Source: an uncultured Candidatus Rokubacteria bacterium
Lineage (GTDB): Bacteria > Methylomirabilota > Methylomirabilia > Rokubacteriales > DASRDR01
NCBI GenBank assembly: GCA_963826115.1
Contig: CAWGVS010000005.1
Span: forward strand, 224,001 to 288,000
DNA length: 64,000 nt
Reading direction: 5' to 3'
The notes beneath the pieces are model-generated. The model was not told the origin of the DNA, did no database searches, and saw only the letters and a list, made by a program, of their open reading frames with translations. A program made the position numbers and the translations under genes. Of this stretch, positions 1 to 9,879 are shown one piece after another; position 1 is the first letter of the stretch; each line of letters opens with the position of its first letter.

Positions 1-316
1 CGATGCCGTAGAGCCGCGGCTTCGGCGCGGGCGGAGCGGCGGGTCCCGCCCCCGCCGAGCCGCGGGGCGGCTCCGGCGCTGTCTCGGTCCGCGTCGGGCT
101 GAAGAGATTGCGATCCGCGACGGCGGCGAACGCGTTGAGGGGCGGACGGGCCGCCGTGGTCGCCGGGGGGGCGGGCGTGTCGGCGGCGACTGCGGCCGGG
201 GCCTCCAGCGGAGCGGCGGACGGTCGCGAGCCCCAGGCCTCGTAGAGGCGCACGCCGAGGAATGCCGCGGCCACGAGCAAGAGAGCGTCGACGACCAGGA
301 GCAGCCGGCGGGGCAT
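1..316 (-). CDS. T2SS GspC-like protein, N-terminal part (runs off the window edge)
   Basis: Manual translation MPRRLLLVDALLLVAAAFLGVRLYEAWG...ADRNLFSPTR...PKPRLYGI: N-terminal TM, Pro-rich linker and RNLF motif; lies directly after gspM. Confidence 0.55.
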   Translation of the reverse strand, partial: MPRRLLLVVDALLLVAAAFLGVRLYEAWGSRPSAAPLEAPAAVAADTPAPPATTAARPPLNAFAAVADRNLFSPTRTETAPEPPRGSAGAGPAAPPAPKPRLYGI

Positions 317-319
317 GGA

Positions 320-934
320 TCAGCCTCCCGGCCGCGCCGGGGGACCGGCCGTTGCGGGACGCGGCGCGGGCCCGATCGCGGTCGGTGCCGGGATGAAGCC
401 GCTCACGGCGATGGTCGCCGAGAGGTCCCGCATGGCGCCCGTGGCCGGCGCGCGCACCTTGAGGTCCGTCATCGCGAGGAGGACGGGCGCCTCGTCGAGC
501 CGGTGGAGGAACGTCGTCAGGCCGCGGATCGGGCCCGACAGGGTCACCTCGACCGGCACCTCCGCGTACCCCCCGCGATCGACCGTCGCGAGGATCCGCT
601 CGCTGCGGACCTCGATGCCCGCCTCCTGCGCCGTCGTCTTGACGAGCTTCTGGAGCTCGGACGCCGCGACCGGCGCCTTGTCGCCGGCCAGGAGCCGGCC
701 CCGCCGGCGCGCGACCTCCGCCTTCAGACCGGCCAGCTCGCGACCGTACGCGTCCGCCCGGGCGACCAATCGCTCCTGACGGGCCAGGAGCCCGCGACGG
801 GCCACCACCAGCTCCTGATTGGCCGCGTGCTTCTCGACGAGCGGCTCGACTACGTAGACGTACCCGGCCACGGCGAGACCGAACAGCGCGGCCACGATCA
901 GGAGCCGGCGCTCACGGGGGCGGAGTGTTGGCAT
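320..934 (-). CDS. gspM: Type II secretion protein GspM/PilO-like
   Basis: LRPRERRLL plus TM, coiled coil, ferredoxin-like C-terminus; operon position. Confidence 0.8.
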   Translation of the reverse strand: MPTLRPRERRLLIVAALFGLAVAGYVYVVEPLVEKHAANQELVVARRGLLARQERLVARADAYGRELAGLKAEVARRRGRLLAGDKAPVAASELQKLVKTTAQEAGIEVRSERILATVDRGGYAEVPVEVTLSGPIRGLTTFLHRLDEAPVLLAMTDLKVRAPATGAMRDLSATIAVSGFIPAPTAIGPAPRPATAGPPARPGG

Positions 935-935
935 C

Positions 936-2276
936 CTAGCGTCCTCCTCCGCGCTGCTCCCACGCGGCGCGGAGCCGGAACTGCTCCTTGTCCCGGCCCT
1001 TGGTCACGGGCGACGTGAACTCGACCCGCTCCAAGCCGGGGGACGCTTCGAGAAGCGGGATGAGCTGCGAGGCGGCGCTGGCGAACCCGCCCAGCTCGAT
1101 GCCCGTTCGATCGACGGACAGGTTCGTGAGCCAGGCGTCGCCGGGAAGGGTATCGGTGAGCTCGCGCAGCACCGGCAGGGGATGGAGCCCCTGCTCCTCG
1201 AACGCGCGCAGCGTCGCGAGCTCGCGCCGGGCGCGCTCCACGTCGCCGACGAGCTGCTCCGCTCGCTGGACCTGCGGGGCGAGGCGGGCGATGTTGGCCT
1301 CGAGCGTCGCGAGCTCTCGCCGCTCCTTCAGGAAGGCCACGGCCGGGATCGCGGCGCCGATCCCGATCGCGAGGAGCGCCAGCGCGGCCGTGGCGGCGAG
1401 CGGCCACGGGAACGGTCGCGGACGCAGCTCGTCCGGCAGGAGGTTCGCGAGCGGCGGCTTCCGGCCCGCGCGCTCGAGCGCCACGGCCAGCGCCGGCAGG
1501 CTTCCGCTCTCCAGGGACTCGAACCCCGGCGGCGGATCGAGTCCCGCGCGCACCGGCAGCCCCTCCGCCGCGAACTCGAGCGGCGCGGTCCCGCCGACCA
1601 CGACCTCGGCGACCTCCATGCGATCCGTCTCCGCCAGGGCCGCGAGCGTCCGGCCCACCTCGGCCTCGAGCGCGCGGGCGCGCGCCTCGGGCTCGGCCGG
1701 TAGCGGGAACGCGCGGCTCGCCACGACCCTCCCGCGGACGACGGCCGCCAGCTCGGCGTCGCCGGCCTCCAGCCAGAGCACGATCCGGCCGCGCGCCGGG
1801 TCGCCCGTCACCAGCCGGGCCAGGGAGTGGATGGCGACGCCCACGAGGCCGGGGACCAGGCCCACCTCCTTGAGGAGGTGGCGGATGCGCTCCTGACCGC
1901 GGCGCTCGACGGCCACGAGGAGCACGCGCAGCGGGCGACCGTCCTCGCTCGCGAGGACCTCGAAGTCGAACAGCGCCTCCGCCGGCGGGAACGGGAGGTG
2001 ACGCTCCAGCTCGAAACCGACCATGCGGCGGAGGTCCACGCCGGGTACGGCCGGCAGCTCGACCGCCTTCGCGACAACGGTGCGCCGGGGGAGGCCCACC
2101 TGCGCGCGGCGCGCGCGGACGCCGGCCTCGAGGAGCTGGCGGCGGATCGCCTCCGCCGCGGCGTCGTCGGCCGGGACGCTGAACGCCGTTACGAGCCGCG
2201 GCGCGCCGAATCGCTTCCGGAGCGCGACGACGTCGACCTGCCCGTCGCGGAGCGCCAGCCCGACGACGTCGCTCAC
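936..2276 (-). CDS. gspL: T2SS GspL-like protein (cytoplasmic PilM-like domain + TM + PilN domain)
   Basis: GTG start overlaps the gspK stop; FELERHLPF actin-like region, ANLLP before the TM, PilN-like LPGDAWLTNLS. Confidence 0.75.
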   Translation of the reverse strand: MSDVVGLALRDGQVDVVALRKRFGAPRLVTAFSVPADDAAAEAIRRQLLEAGVRARRAQVGLPRRTVVAKAVELPAVPGVDLRRMVGFELERHLPFPPAEALFDFEVLASEDGRPLRVLLVAVERRGQERIRHLLKEVGLVPGLVGVAIHSLARLVTGDPARGRIVLWLEAGDAELAAVVRGRVVASRAFPLPAEPEARARALEAEVGRTLAALAETDRMEVAEVVVGGTAPLEFAAEGLPVRAGLDPPPGFESLESGSLPALAVALERAGRKPPLANLLPDELRPRPFPWPLAATAALALLAIGIGAAIPAVAFLKERRELATLEANIARLAPQVQRAEQLVGDVERARRELATLRAFEEQGLHPLPVLRELTDTLPGDAWLTNLSVDRTGIELGGFASAASQLIPLLEASPGLERVEFTSPVTKGRDKEQFRLRAAWEQRGGGR

Positions 2277-3283
2277 GGCGTGCTCCGGCGCGTCTCGGAC
2301 GGGGCGGCGGGCGGCGACCCGGCCGGGCGCGCGGCCTCGGACCAGCGCCAGGAGAGCGGCACGGCCTGGACCTGGCCCCCTCCGGGCGCCTGGCGCTGGA
2401 CGATCGCCGTGAGGACCCGGCCCGCGGGCGCCTCGCCGCCGCCCCATGCCTCGATGCGGAAGATCTCGGCACGCGTCCGCTGGTTCGAGCGCCTGAGCGC
2501 GCCCGGGATCTCCGCCACGTCGATCCAGGGCCGTCGCCCCACGATGAGGTCCACCTCGGCCGGCGCGAACCCGAGCGCGCGCAGCACCGCGGGGCTGGCG
2601 GTGTTGACGTTGACCGCGCCGGTCCCGAAGACCGTGAGGTGCTCGACGAGGCCGGGGGTGCCCGGTCGGCCGTAGAGGAGCGCCCGGGTGACGCCCTGCA
2701 CCTGGAGGAGCTCGTCCACGCTGTCGAAGTCGGCGTTCTTGGAGCGGTATGGGACGGGGAGGCCGAGATAGTAGTCGCTCTCCGCGCCGTTCAGCCGGTG
2801 CTCCTCGTTCGGGTCACGCCAGTCCTGGATGGAGTCCACGATCACGTCGCGGTCCGTCTTCTCGACGCCCGCCTCCTGGAGGAGCCGGTCCAGGACGTCG
2901 CGCGTGGCCCGGTTCAGGTTCAGACGCGCGCTCTCGTCGGTGATGCGGTATGACATCCGACCCGGGTCGAGGCGGACGTCCAGGCGTGCGGGCGCCGTCG
3001 ACGTGCCGAGCCGCGCGCGGCGGAACACGAGGGTCCCGTCGACGTCGAGCTGGTGCGCGAGGGCGTCTGGCAGGATCTCCGCAGTGGCACGCTGCACGCC
3101 GGCCTCGGCGAGCCACGCCTCCGAGATGGCCGACCGGAAGTTCGTGACGGTTACCGCCTCGAGGCGCATCGCCTGGGCGAACTCCCCGACGATTGTGAGG
3201 AGCAGCGCGAGAAGCAGGAGCACGATGATGAGCGCGACACCCTCCTCGCGCGCGCCGGGTCGACCGAATACCCGAAAGCTCAC
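2273..3283 (-). CDS. gspK: T2SS minor pseudopilin GspK
   Basis: GVALIIVL prepilin-like N-terminus; DESARLNLN, IQDWRD, ELLQVQGV and VNVNTAS motifs. Confidence 0.9.
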   Translation of the reverse strand: MSFRVFGRPGAREEGVALIIVLLLLALLLTIVGEFAQAMRLEAVTVTNFRSAISEAWLAEAGVQRATAEILPDALAHQLDVDGTLVFRRARLGTSTAPARLDVRLDPGRMSYRITDESARLNLNRATRDVLDRLLQEAGVEKTDRDVIVDSIQDWRDPNEEHRLNGAESDYYLGLPVPYRSKNADFDSVDELLQVQGVTRALLYGRPGTPGLVEHLTVFGTGAVNVNTASPAVLRALGFAPAEVDLIVGRRPWIDVAEIPGALRRSNQRTRAEIFRIEAWGGGEAPAGRVLTAIVQRQAPGGGQVQAVPLSWRWSEAARPAGSPPAAPSETRRSTP

Positions 3284-3909
3284 TTGCTCCGCCGTCCCAT
3301 GGGCAGCGCGACCACGACCGCCGGCGCCGCCCGGGCCATACCGTTCACGGCGAGCTCGAGCCGCACCGCGGTGGGAAGCCCGCCCGCCTCGCGGCCGTCC
3401 CACCGCTCCTGCCACACGCCGTCCTCGTCCCGATAGGCCAGGTTGAAGCGGGCGATCGACCGGGAGAGCACGTGCTCGCGCCCCGGGGCGAACGGCTCCT
3501 CCGTCGGCACCAGCCGTTCGATGAGGCGCAGCGCGTCCTCTCCCTTTCGGCCGAGCACCACCGCGTGGAACGGCGCGGCGGGAGCGTCGAGCGCGAGCGG
3601 CGGGGCGTTCGTCACGAAGCGCACCTCGTCGGGCTCGCCCTCGAAGAGCACGATGCGGTCGGGATTCTGACCGATCCGACCCTGATAGGGCAGCGCCCCG
3701 GCGAGGGCCTCCGTGATCAGCTCGACCAACGCCCGGTTCTCCTGCTGGAGGTTCACCCGCCGCTGCCCCGCTTCCCAGGCGCGAAGGCCGATGCGGAGCG
3801 AGGCGGTGGCCAGGAGCACCACGACCGCCAGGATGGACACGGCCAGGACGATCTCGAGGAGCGTGAAGCCCCGGGCGTCCGTGCGGGGCGCGGGACGCCG
3901 CCGACTCAC
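3280..3909 (-). CDS. gspJ: T2SS pseudopilin GspJ-like
   Basis: GFTLLEIVLA N-methylation motif; C-terminal WDGREAGGLPTAVRL. Confidence 0.8.
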   Translation of the reverse strand: MSRRRPAPRTDARGFTLLEIVLAVSILAVVVLLATASLRIGLRAWEAGQRRVNLQQENRALVELITEALAGALPYQGRIGQNPDRIVLFEGEPDEVRFVTNAPPLALDAPAAPFHAVVLGRKGEDALRLIERLVPTEEPFAPGREHVLSRSIARFNLAYRDEDGVWQERWDGREAGGLPTAVRLELAVNGMARAAPAVVVALPMGRRSK

Positions 3910-4313
3910 GAGCCGATCCGCCAGGCCCGGAGCGTGACGAGCTCGTAGCGGCGACCCTGTCCCCACTGGACCTCCACGTTCACCCGCGCCAGCCGGACCG
4001 TGAGGGCCTCGGGCGTGTCGGGCTCCACGGGGAGGAGCGAGGGGTCGAGGGTGATCCGGCGCGTCCAGCGGTACGGGCCCTCGCTGCCGGCGGCGGAGCC
4101 CTCGGACAGGGGGCCGGGATCGAGCTCGGCGAGCTTCGCGCTCGCGAGGAGCGCGGCGTCCGCCTGATCCCCCGCCGTTCGGGCGAGGCGGAGCCCGCCG
4201 CCGAACAGCTGGAGGACCGCGACGACCGTGGTCGCCAGGACCACGAGGGCCACGAGGACCTCGATGAGCGTGAAGCCCTCGTCGCGTCGCCGGCGCGCGT
4301 CCCGCGCTCTCAT
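3906..4313 (-). CDS. gspI: T2SS pseudopilin GspI-like
   Basis: GFTLIEVLVAL motif, size and operon position. Confidence 0.8.
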   Translation of the reverse strand: MRARDARRRRDEGFTLIEVLVALVVLATTVVAVLQLFGGGLRLARTAGDQADAALLASAKLAELDPGPLSEGSAAGSEGPYRWTRRITLDPSLLPVEPDTPEALTVRLARVNVEVQWGQGRRYELVTLRAWRIGS

Positions 4314-4322
4314 CCCGCGCGC

Positions 4323-4781
4323 TCAGGGTCCCGGGGCGACGGTCACTCGCCCGGTGATGCCGTGGACCTCGACGACGAGCCGCCGCCCGCCCGAACCCTC
4401 CACGGCCCAGCGCACGTCTCGGCCGAGCCCGCGCGGCGAGAACGTGAGGGCGTCGCCGCCGTCGACCGCCGCCAGACGGAACCGCTCGGACAGCTCGACC
4501 CGGCGGAGCGGCTCGTCGACGCCGACCCAGGCCAGCGCGGCCGCGCGGTGGTTCGACTCGAGGACCACGCGGGTCGGCCGCCGGTGCGTGACGGCCTGCT
4601 GGCGAGCCTCGCGGAGCAGCGAGGCCACGCGCCCGGCGCCCGCCCGGAGCTGGAGGCTCTCGCTGCCCCGTCGGATCGAGGGCAGCGCGAAGGCCGTCAC
4701 GGTCGCCAGGACGGCGAGGACGACCACGAGCTCCATCATCGTGAGCCCGCTCGCGCCGCGCGCCGGGTGAGCGCGGTTCAC
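4323..4781 (-). CDS. gspH: T2SS pseudopilin GspH/FimT-like
   Basis: GLTMMELVVVL, LREARQQAV and FSPRG motifs. Confidence 0.8.
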   Translation of the reverse strand: MNRAHPARGASGLTMMELVVVLAVLATVTAFALPSIRRGSESLQLRAGAGRVASLLREARQQAVTHRRPTRVVLESNHRAAALAWVGVDEPLRRVELSERFRLAAVDGGDALTFSPRGLGRDVRWAVEGSGGRRLVVEVHGITGRVTVAPGP

Positions 4782-5272
4782 TTCGTCTTGCCCTCCGCTC
4801 CCCAGCTGGTCACGTCGGCGGCCTCGCCGTCGCCGCCCGCCGACCCGTCCGAGCCGAGCGAGGTGACGTCGTACTCGCCGTGGTCACCGGGGCTCTTGTA
4901 CTGATAGGCGTTGCCCCAGGGATCCCGGGGCACTTCCTTCTTCAGGTAGGGCCCTTCCCAGCCGGGGGCGTTGCCCGGGCTCTGCTGGAGGGCCTGAAGC
5001 CCCTCCTGGCTCGTCGGGTAGCGACCGACGTCGAGCTTGAACTGATCGAGGGCCGCGCCCAGGAGCTCGATCTGGACCCGGGCCGCGGCCTGGCGCGACT
5101 GGCCGACCCGCCCGAACAGCCGGGGGCCGACGAGCCCCGCGAGCACGCCCAGGATGATGACGACGATGAGGAGCTCGATCAGGGTGAACCCCGCCTGGTC
5201 GAGGCGACGGGGTCGGCGCCGCGTGGCGCGCGCGTCGGGAGAGAGAACGGCGGACCGTCGCGGGTTCGGCAT
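4778..5272 (-). CDS. gspG: T2SS major pseudopilin GspG
   Basis: GFTLIELLIV, ALDQFKLDVGRYPT, WEGPYL and DPWGNAYQY motifs. Confidence 0.95.
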   Translation of the reverse strand: MPNPRRSAVLSPDARATRRRPRRLDQAGFTLIELLIVVIILGVLAGLVGPRLFGRVGQSRQAAARVQIELLGAALDQFKLDVGRYPTSQEGLQALQQSPGNAPGWEGPYLKKEVPRDPWGNAYQYKSPGDHGEYDVTSLGSDGSAGGDGEAADVTSWGAEGKTK

Positions 5273-5280
5273 CGGGGGCC

Positions 5281-6495
5281 TCACAGGGGCAGCTCGTTCA
5301 CGCTCAGGATGGCGAGGAGGATCGCCAGCACGATGGTGAGCACCACCGCGCCCAGGACGACGATGATGGCCGGCTCGAGCGCGGCGACCAGCCGGCGGAC
5401 CGCCACCCGGACCTCGCGCTCGTACGTGGCGGCGACCCGGCCGAGCATCTCGTCCAGGCGACCGGTCTCCTCGCCGACGCGCACCATGTGGACGACGAGG
5501 GAAGGGAACGCGCCCGTATCCGCCATCGGGCGGGCCAGGCCCTCGCCGCGCTTGACGCCGCCGTGCACGGCGATGAGCGCGTTCGCGATGACGCGGTTCC
5601 CGGCGCCCTCGCGGGCCACGTCGAGCGCTCCGAGGAGGGGCACCCCGGACGACAGCAGGGTACCGAGCGTCCGGATGGCGCGCCCGACCTCGACCTTCCG
5701 GAGGACGCCGCCGGCGCCGGGAAGTGCGAGGAGGCCCGTGTCCAGCTGGAGCCGCCCGCCCTCGGAGCGAGCCACCGCTTGCCAGACGGCGACCAGGGCG
5801 AGCACGGCCGCGGCGACGGCCCACCAGTACGTGACGAACGCCTCGCTCACCCCCATGACGATGCGCGTCGGCAGCGGCAGCGTCTGTCCGAGGTCCGCCA
5901 GGATCACCGCGAAGCGCGGCAGCACGAAGGTCAGGAGGAAGACGACCGCGGCGGCGCCCACGAGGAGCAGGAGCGCCGGGTAGATGAGAGCGGAGACCAC
6001 CGCCTCGCGGAGCTCGCGGGCGCTCTCGAGGTGCTCGGCCAGGCGGCGGAGGGCGACCTCGAGGACGCCGCCGCGCTCGCCGGCCCGGACGGTGTTCACG
6101 TAGAGGCGCGTGAAGGGACGCGGCTGGTGGTGCGCCAGGGCGTCCGCGAGCGTCGAGCCGGAGCGGACGCTCTGCGTCACGTCCTGCACGATCTGGCGGA
6201 GTCGCCGGTTGCCGGACACGTCCCCCAGAATCACCAGGGCCCGCTCGAGCGGCAGCCCCGCCTCGACGAGCGTGGCGAGCTGCTGGGTGAAGTCGAGCAC
6301 GTCGCGCGTGGGCACGCGGGGCGCGCCGAGAAGCCGCCGCCCCGGCCGGCCGCGCTCGTCGGCCGCCTCGACCCGGAGGGGGAAGTAATTCTCCCGGTGG
6401 AGGCGCTCGACGACCGCGTTCGCGTCGTACGCCTCCATCACGCCGTCGACCGTCCGGCCGGCGCGGTCGGCCGCCCGGTAGGCGAAGACCGGCAC
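5281..6495 (-). CDS. gspF: T2SS inner membrane platform protein GspF
   Basis: VFAYRAAD start, QLATLVEAGLPL, ALIYP, VGEETGRLDEML and LEPAII motifs. Confidence 0.93.
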   Translation of the reverse strand: MPVFAYRAADRAGRTVDGVMEAYDANAVVERLHRENYFPLRVEAADERGRPGRRLLGAPRVPTRDVLDFTQQLATLVEAGLPLERALVILGDVSGNRRLRQIVQDVTQSVRSGSTLADALAHHQPRPFTRLYVNTVRAGERGGVLEVALRRLAEHLESARELREAVVSALIYPALLLLVGAAAVVFLLTFVLPRFAVILADLGQTLPLPTRIVMGVSEAFVTYWWAVAAAVLALVAVWQAVARSEGGRLQLDTGLLALPGAGGVLRKVEVGRAIRTLGTLLSSGVPLLGALDVAREGAGNRVIANALIAVHGGVKRGEGLARPMADTGAFPSLVVHMVRVGEETGRLDEMLGRVAATYEREVRVAVRRLVAALEPAIIVVLGAVVLTIVLAILLAILSVNELPL

Positions 6496-8201
6496 TATAG
6501 CTCCGATTCCTCGCGGGTCACCCGGAGGACCTCGTCGACGGTGGTGACGCCCTGACAGCACTTGTTCCACCCGTCCTGGCGCAGCGTGGTCATCCCGTCG
6601 GCGACCGCGCGCTGGCGGATCTCGTGCCCCGGGATCTTGCGGAGCGTGAGCCCGCGGAGCTCCTCGGTCATGGTCATGAACTCGTAGATCCCGGTGCGCC
6701 CTCGATACCCGGTGCCGCGGCACTCGTCGCAGCCGGTCCCGCGCGACAGCTGCGCGCCGGCCGGGAGCCGGTCGACGCCGAGCGCCCGCAACTCGCCCGC
6801 GTCGGGTTCGTAGGGCTTGCGGCAGGCCGCGCAGATCAGCCGCACGAGCCGCTGGGCCAGGACGCCCTCGAGCACGGAGACCACCAGGTACGGCTCCACG
6901 CCCATGTCGAGGAGGCGCGTGAGCGCGCCGGGCGCGTCGTTCGTGTGGAGGGTGGAGAACACCAGGTGGCCGGTCAGCGCGGCGTGGATGCCGATGTCGG
7001 CCGTCTCCAGGTCCCGGATCTCGCCGACCATGATCACGTCGGGGTCCTGACGGACGATGTGCCGGAGCCCGGCCGCGAAGGTGAGGCCGATCTTCGGCTT
7101 CACGTGGATCTGGTTCACCCCGCGGAGCTGGTACTCGACCGGATCCTCGATCGTGATGATCTTCTTGTCCGGGGAGTTGATCTTGTCGAGCGCGGCGTAG
7201 AGGGTCGTGGTCTTCCCGGAGCCGGTCGGCCCCGTCACCAGCAGCATCCCGTGCGGCAGCGCGATGATGCGCTCGATCGCCCGCCGCGCGCGCCCCTCGA
7301 ATCCCAGGCCGTCCAGCGGCATCAGGATCGCCGCGCGGTCGAGAATCCGCATGACCACGCTCTCGCCGTGGAGCGTTGGGATGGTGGACACGCGGATGTC
7401 GAGCCGGCGGCCCTCGAGGCCCATGCGGATGCGCCCGTCCTGTGGGAGTCGCCGCTCGGCGATGTTCAACTCCGCCATGATCTTGATCCGCGAGGTGACG
7501 GCCGCCCGGAGGCGCTTCGGCGGCGTCTCGGCGTCGAAGAGCACGCCGTCGATCCGGTACCGGACGCGGAGGCTGTCCTCGAACGGCTCGATGTGGATGT
7601 CGGAGGCGTTGGCCTTGATCGCGTTCTCGATCAGGAGGTTGACGAGGCGGACCACCGGCGCGTCGAACGCCATGTCCCGGAGCGAGGTGACGTCCTCGCC
7701 GGTCCCCTCGTCTCCGCGCTCGTCGTCCTCGATGGTCTCGATGACCTTCTGGACCGCGGTGGAGCCAGCGCCGAAGTATCGGTCGACCGCCTCGAGGATC
7801 GAGGCCTCGGTCGCCGCCGCCAGCCGCACGTCGAGCCCGAGCGCGCCGCGCAGCTCGTCGACGACGGTCGGGTCGGTCGGGTCGGCGCACGCGACGACGA
7901 GGATCCCGTCCTCCACCGACAGGGGGCAGAAGCGGTACTGCCGCATGTACTGGGGCGACAGCCGCTGGAGGAACGGCGGACTCGTGGGGAACTCGTCGCG
8001 CCCGACGTAGGGGATCTCGAGGTGGCGGGCCAGCGCCTGCGCGACCTCTTCCGCGCTGGAGAGCCCGAGCCGCACCAGCGTGTCGGGCAGACGCTCACCA
8101 CTCGACTGGCGGTGTGCCTCGGCCCGCGCCAGCTCTGCCTCCGAGAGGAGGCCGGTTCCGGTCAACCATCGTCCGAAGGACGGGGAATGGCGGGAATCCA
8201 T
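6495..8201 (-). CDS. gspE: T2SS ATPase GspE
   Basis: MshEN-like N-terminus, ASDIHIEP, Walker A GPTGSGKTTT, RQDPDVIMVGEIRD, tetra-Cys motif. Confidence 0.95.
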   Translation of the reverse strand: MDSRHSPSFGRWLTGTGLLSEAELARAEAHRQSSGERLPDTLVRLGLSSAEEVAQALARHLEIPYVGRDEFPTSPPFLQRLSPQYMRQYRFCPLSVEDGILVVACADPTDPTVVDELRGALGLDVRLAAATEASILEAVDRYFGAGSTAVQKVIETIEDDERGDEGTGEDVTSLRDMAFDAPVVRLVNLLIENAIKANASDIHIEPFEDSLRVRYRIDGVLFDAETPPKRLRAAVTSRIKIMAELNIAERRLPQDGRIRMGLEGRRLDIRVSTIPTLHGESVVMRILDRAAILMPLDGLGFEGRARRAIERIIALPHGMLLVTGPTGSGKTTTLYAALDKINSPDKKIITIEDPVEYQLRGVNQIHVKPKIGLTFAAGLRHIVRQDPDVIMVGEIRDLETADIGIHAALTGHLVFSTLHTNDAPGALTRLLDMGVEPYLVVSVLEGVLAQRLVRLICAACRKPYEPDAGELRALGVDRLPAGAQLSRGTGCDECRGTGYRGRTGIYEFMTMTEELRGLTLRKIPGHEIRQRAVADGMTTLRQDGWNKCCQGVTTVDEVLRVTREESEL

Positions 8202-8273
8202 AGGGTTGCCGATCACGACTCGGCATTGGATACGTTACCGGAGAGGTCGAGGGCCCGGCAAGGAACATGTCCC

Positions 8274-8312
8274 TTGACAGCTCCCGCGGCTGTATTGCAA
8301 CGTGTTTGCAAT
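8274..8312 (+). promoter_or_regulatory. Sigma70-like promoter (TTGACA) with overlapping 7-5-7 palindrome ATTGCAA-cgtgt-TTGCAAT; putative Fur/Zur/Mur-family operator
   Basis: Perfect inverted repeat at 8294-8312, AT-rich in a very GC-rich background, upstream of the ZIP transporter. Confidence 0.55.
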
Positions 8313-8335
8313 GAAGGCGCGGGGGGGTCTCCGGC

Positions 8336-9082
8336 GTGTCGCCGCGTGAGCTGTCCCTCGTCCTGGGTGTCGTGGCGGGGCTGGCCGACGTCGTGGGCGG
8401 CGGCCTGGTCGCCGGCCGCCGCCACTGGGACCGGACCTTCCTCCAGTACTTCCTCGCGCTGGGCGCCGGCTTCATGCTCGCCGTCGCGTTTCTGCGAATG
8501 GTCCCTGAGAGCCTCGAGAAGGGGTCGCACCTCTATCTCTACGTCCTGATCGGCTACTTCGTGGTGCACCTGACCGAGCACACCCTCACGCCGCACTTCC
8601 ACTTCGGGGAGGAGGTCCACCACGACGCCCTGGTGCACCCGGCCGTCGGGTACCTGGGTCTGGCGGGGCTCTGTATCCACACGTTCTTCGACGGCGTGGC
8701 GATCGCGTCGGGCTTCCAGGTGAGCCGGCCGCTCGGCTTCATCCTGTTCGGGGCCGTCCTGCTCCACAAGCTTCCCGAGGGGTTCGCGGTCGGCTCGCTG
8801 ATGCTCGCCTCCGGCGCCTCGCGGCGGGCGGCGGTGCTCGCGTCGGGCGTGCTGGGCCTGTCCACCGTCGCCGGCGTGGTGTTCCTGAACCTCTTCAGCG
8901 GGATCGTCGGCCAGGCGCTGGCGCTCTCCGCCGGCGTCACGATCTACGTCGCCGCGTCCGACCTCATCCCCGAGGTCAACAAGGAGCGGAGCTGGGGCGT
9001 GGCCCTGGCCGTCTTCGGTGGCGTTCTCCTCTACTACGTCGCGGAGTCGGTGCTGGAGGCCGCGGGCCTCCACGGGCACTGA
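8336..9082 (+). CDS. ZIP family metal transporter
   Basis: HTFFDG and LLHKLPEG motifs, His-rich loop, YVAASDLIPE. Confidence 0.9.
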   Translation: MSPRELSLVLGVVAGLADVVGGGLVAGRRHWDRTFLQYFLALGAGFMLAVAFLRMVPESLEKGSHLYLYVLIGYFVVHLTEHTLTPHFHFGEEVHHDALVHPAVGYLGLAGLCIHTFFDGVAIASGFQVSRPLGFILFGAVLLHKLPEGFAVGSLMLASGASRRAAVLASGVLGLSTVAGVVFLNLFSGIVGQALALSAGVTIYVAASDLIPEVNKERSWGVALAVFGGVLLYYVAESVLEAAGLHGH

Positions 9083-9102
9083 CGGCGGCCCTCGCGCGCA
9101 CC

Positions 9103-9879
9103 ATGCGCGTGCGGGTCGACGCGGTCTCGAAGGTCTATCCCGCCCCCGCGGGGAAGAGTCTGGTCGCGCTCGAGGACGTCTCGCTGGACGTCGGGGACGG
9201 CGAGCTCGTCACGATCCTCGGGCCGTCGGGCTGCGGGAAGTCCACGCTGCTCCAGATCGTTGCGGGCCTGGAGCCGCCCACCCGCGGCCGCGTGGTGTTC
9301 GACGGGGCGCCCGTGGGCGCCCCCCGGACCGCGGTCGTGTTCCAGGAGCACGCGCTCTTTCCCTGGCGGACGGTCCGGGACAACGTCACGTTCGGTCTCG
9401 AGGTCCGGGGTGTCCCGGCCGCCGAGCGAATCGCGGCGTCCCGGCGGCTGCTCGATCTGGTGGGACTCGAGGCGTTCGCCGATCGCTACCCGCACCACCT
9501 GTCGGGCGGCATGCGTCAGCGCGTGGCCATCGCCCGGGCGCTGGCCGTCGAGCCGGCCCTCCTCCTGATGGACGAGCCGTTCTCCGCGCTCGACGCCCAG
9601 AGCCGCGCGCTCATGCAGCTCGAGCTCCTGGCGCTGTGGGAGCGGACGCGCCGGTCGATTCTCTACGTCACGCACCAGATCCAGGAGGCCGTGCTCCTGG
9701 GCGACCGCGTGGTGGTGATGACGCGCCGGCCCGGGCGGATCCTCGCGGTGCGCCCGGTCCCGCTGTCGCGGCCGCGCGACGAGCGCACGATGCTCGACCC
9801 CGCCTTCGTGTCGCTGGTGGACGAGTGCTGGCAGCTCATCAAGCAGGACGCGCGCGACGCGCTCAGCGATGCGCCCTGA
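9103..9879 (+). CDS. ABC transporter ATP-binding protein (TauB/SsuB type)
   Basis: GPSGCGKST, LSGGMRQR, LLLMDEPFSALD. Confidence 0.92.
   Translation: MRVRVDAVSKVYPAPAGKSLVALEDVSLDVGDGELVTILGPSGCGKSTLLQIVAGLEPPTRGRVVFDGAPVGAPRTAVVFQEHALFPWRTVRDNVTFGLEVRGVPAAERIAASRRLLDLVGLEAFADRYPHHLSGGMRQRVAIARALAVEPALLLMDEPFSALDAQSRALMQLELLALWERTRRSILYVTHQIQEAVLLGDRVVVMTRRPGRILAVRPVPLSRPRDERTMLDPAFVSLVDECWQLIKQDARDALSDAP

Noticed and set aside
1-8201. T2SS as a dedicated exporter for the peptides, or as a novel system
   Set aside because: It is a canonical gsp gene set 9 kb away with unrelated genes in between; gspD and gspO probably lie outside the window.
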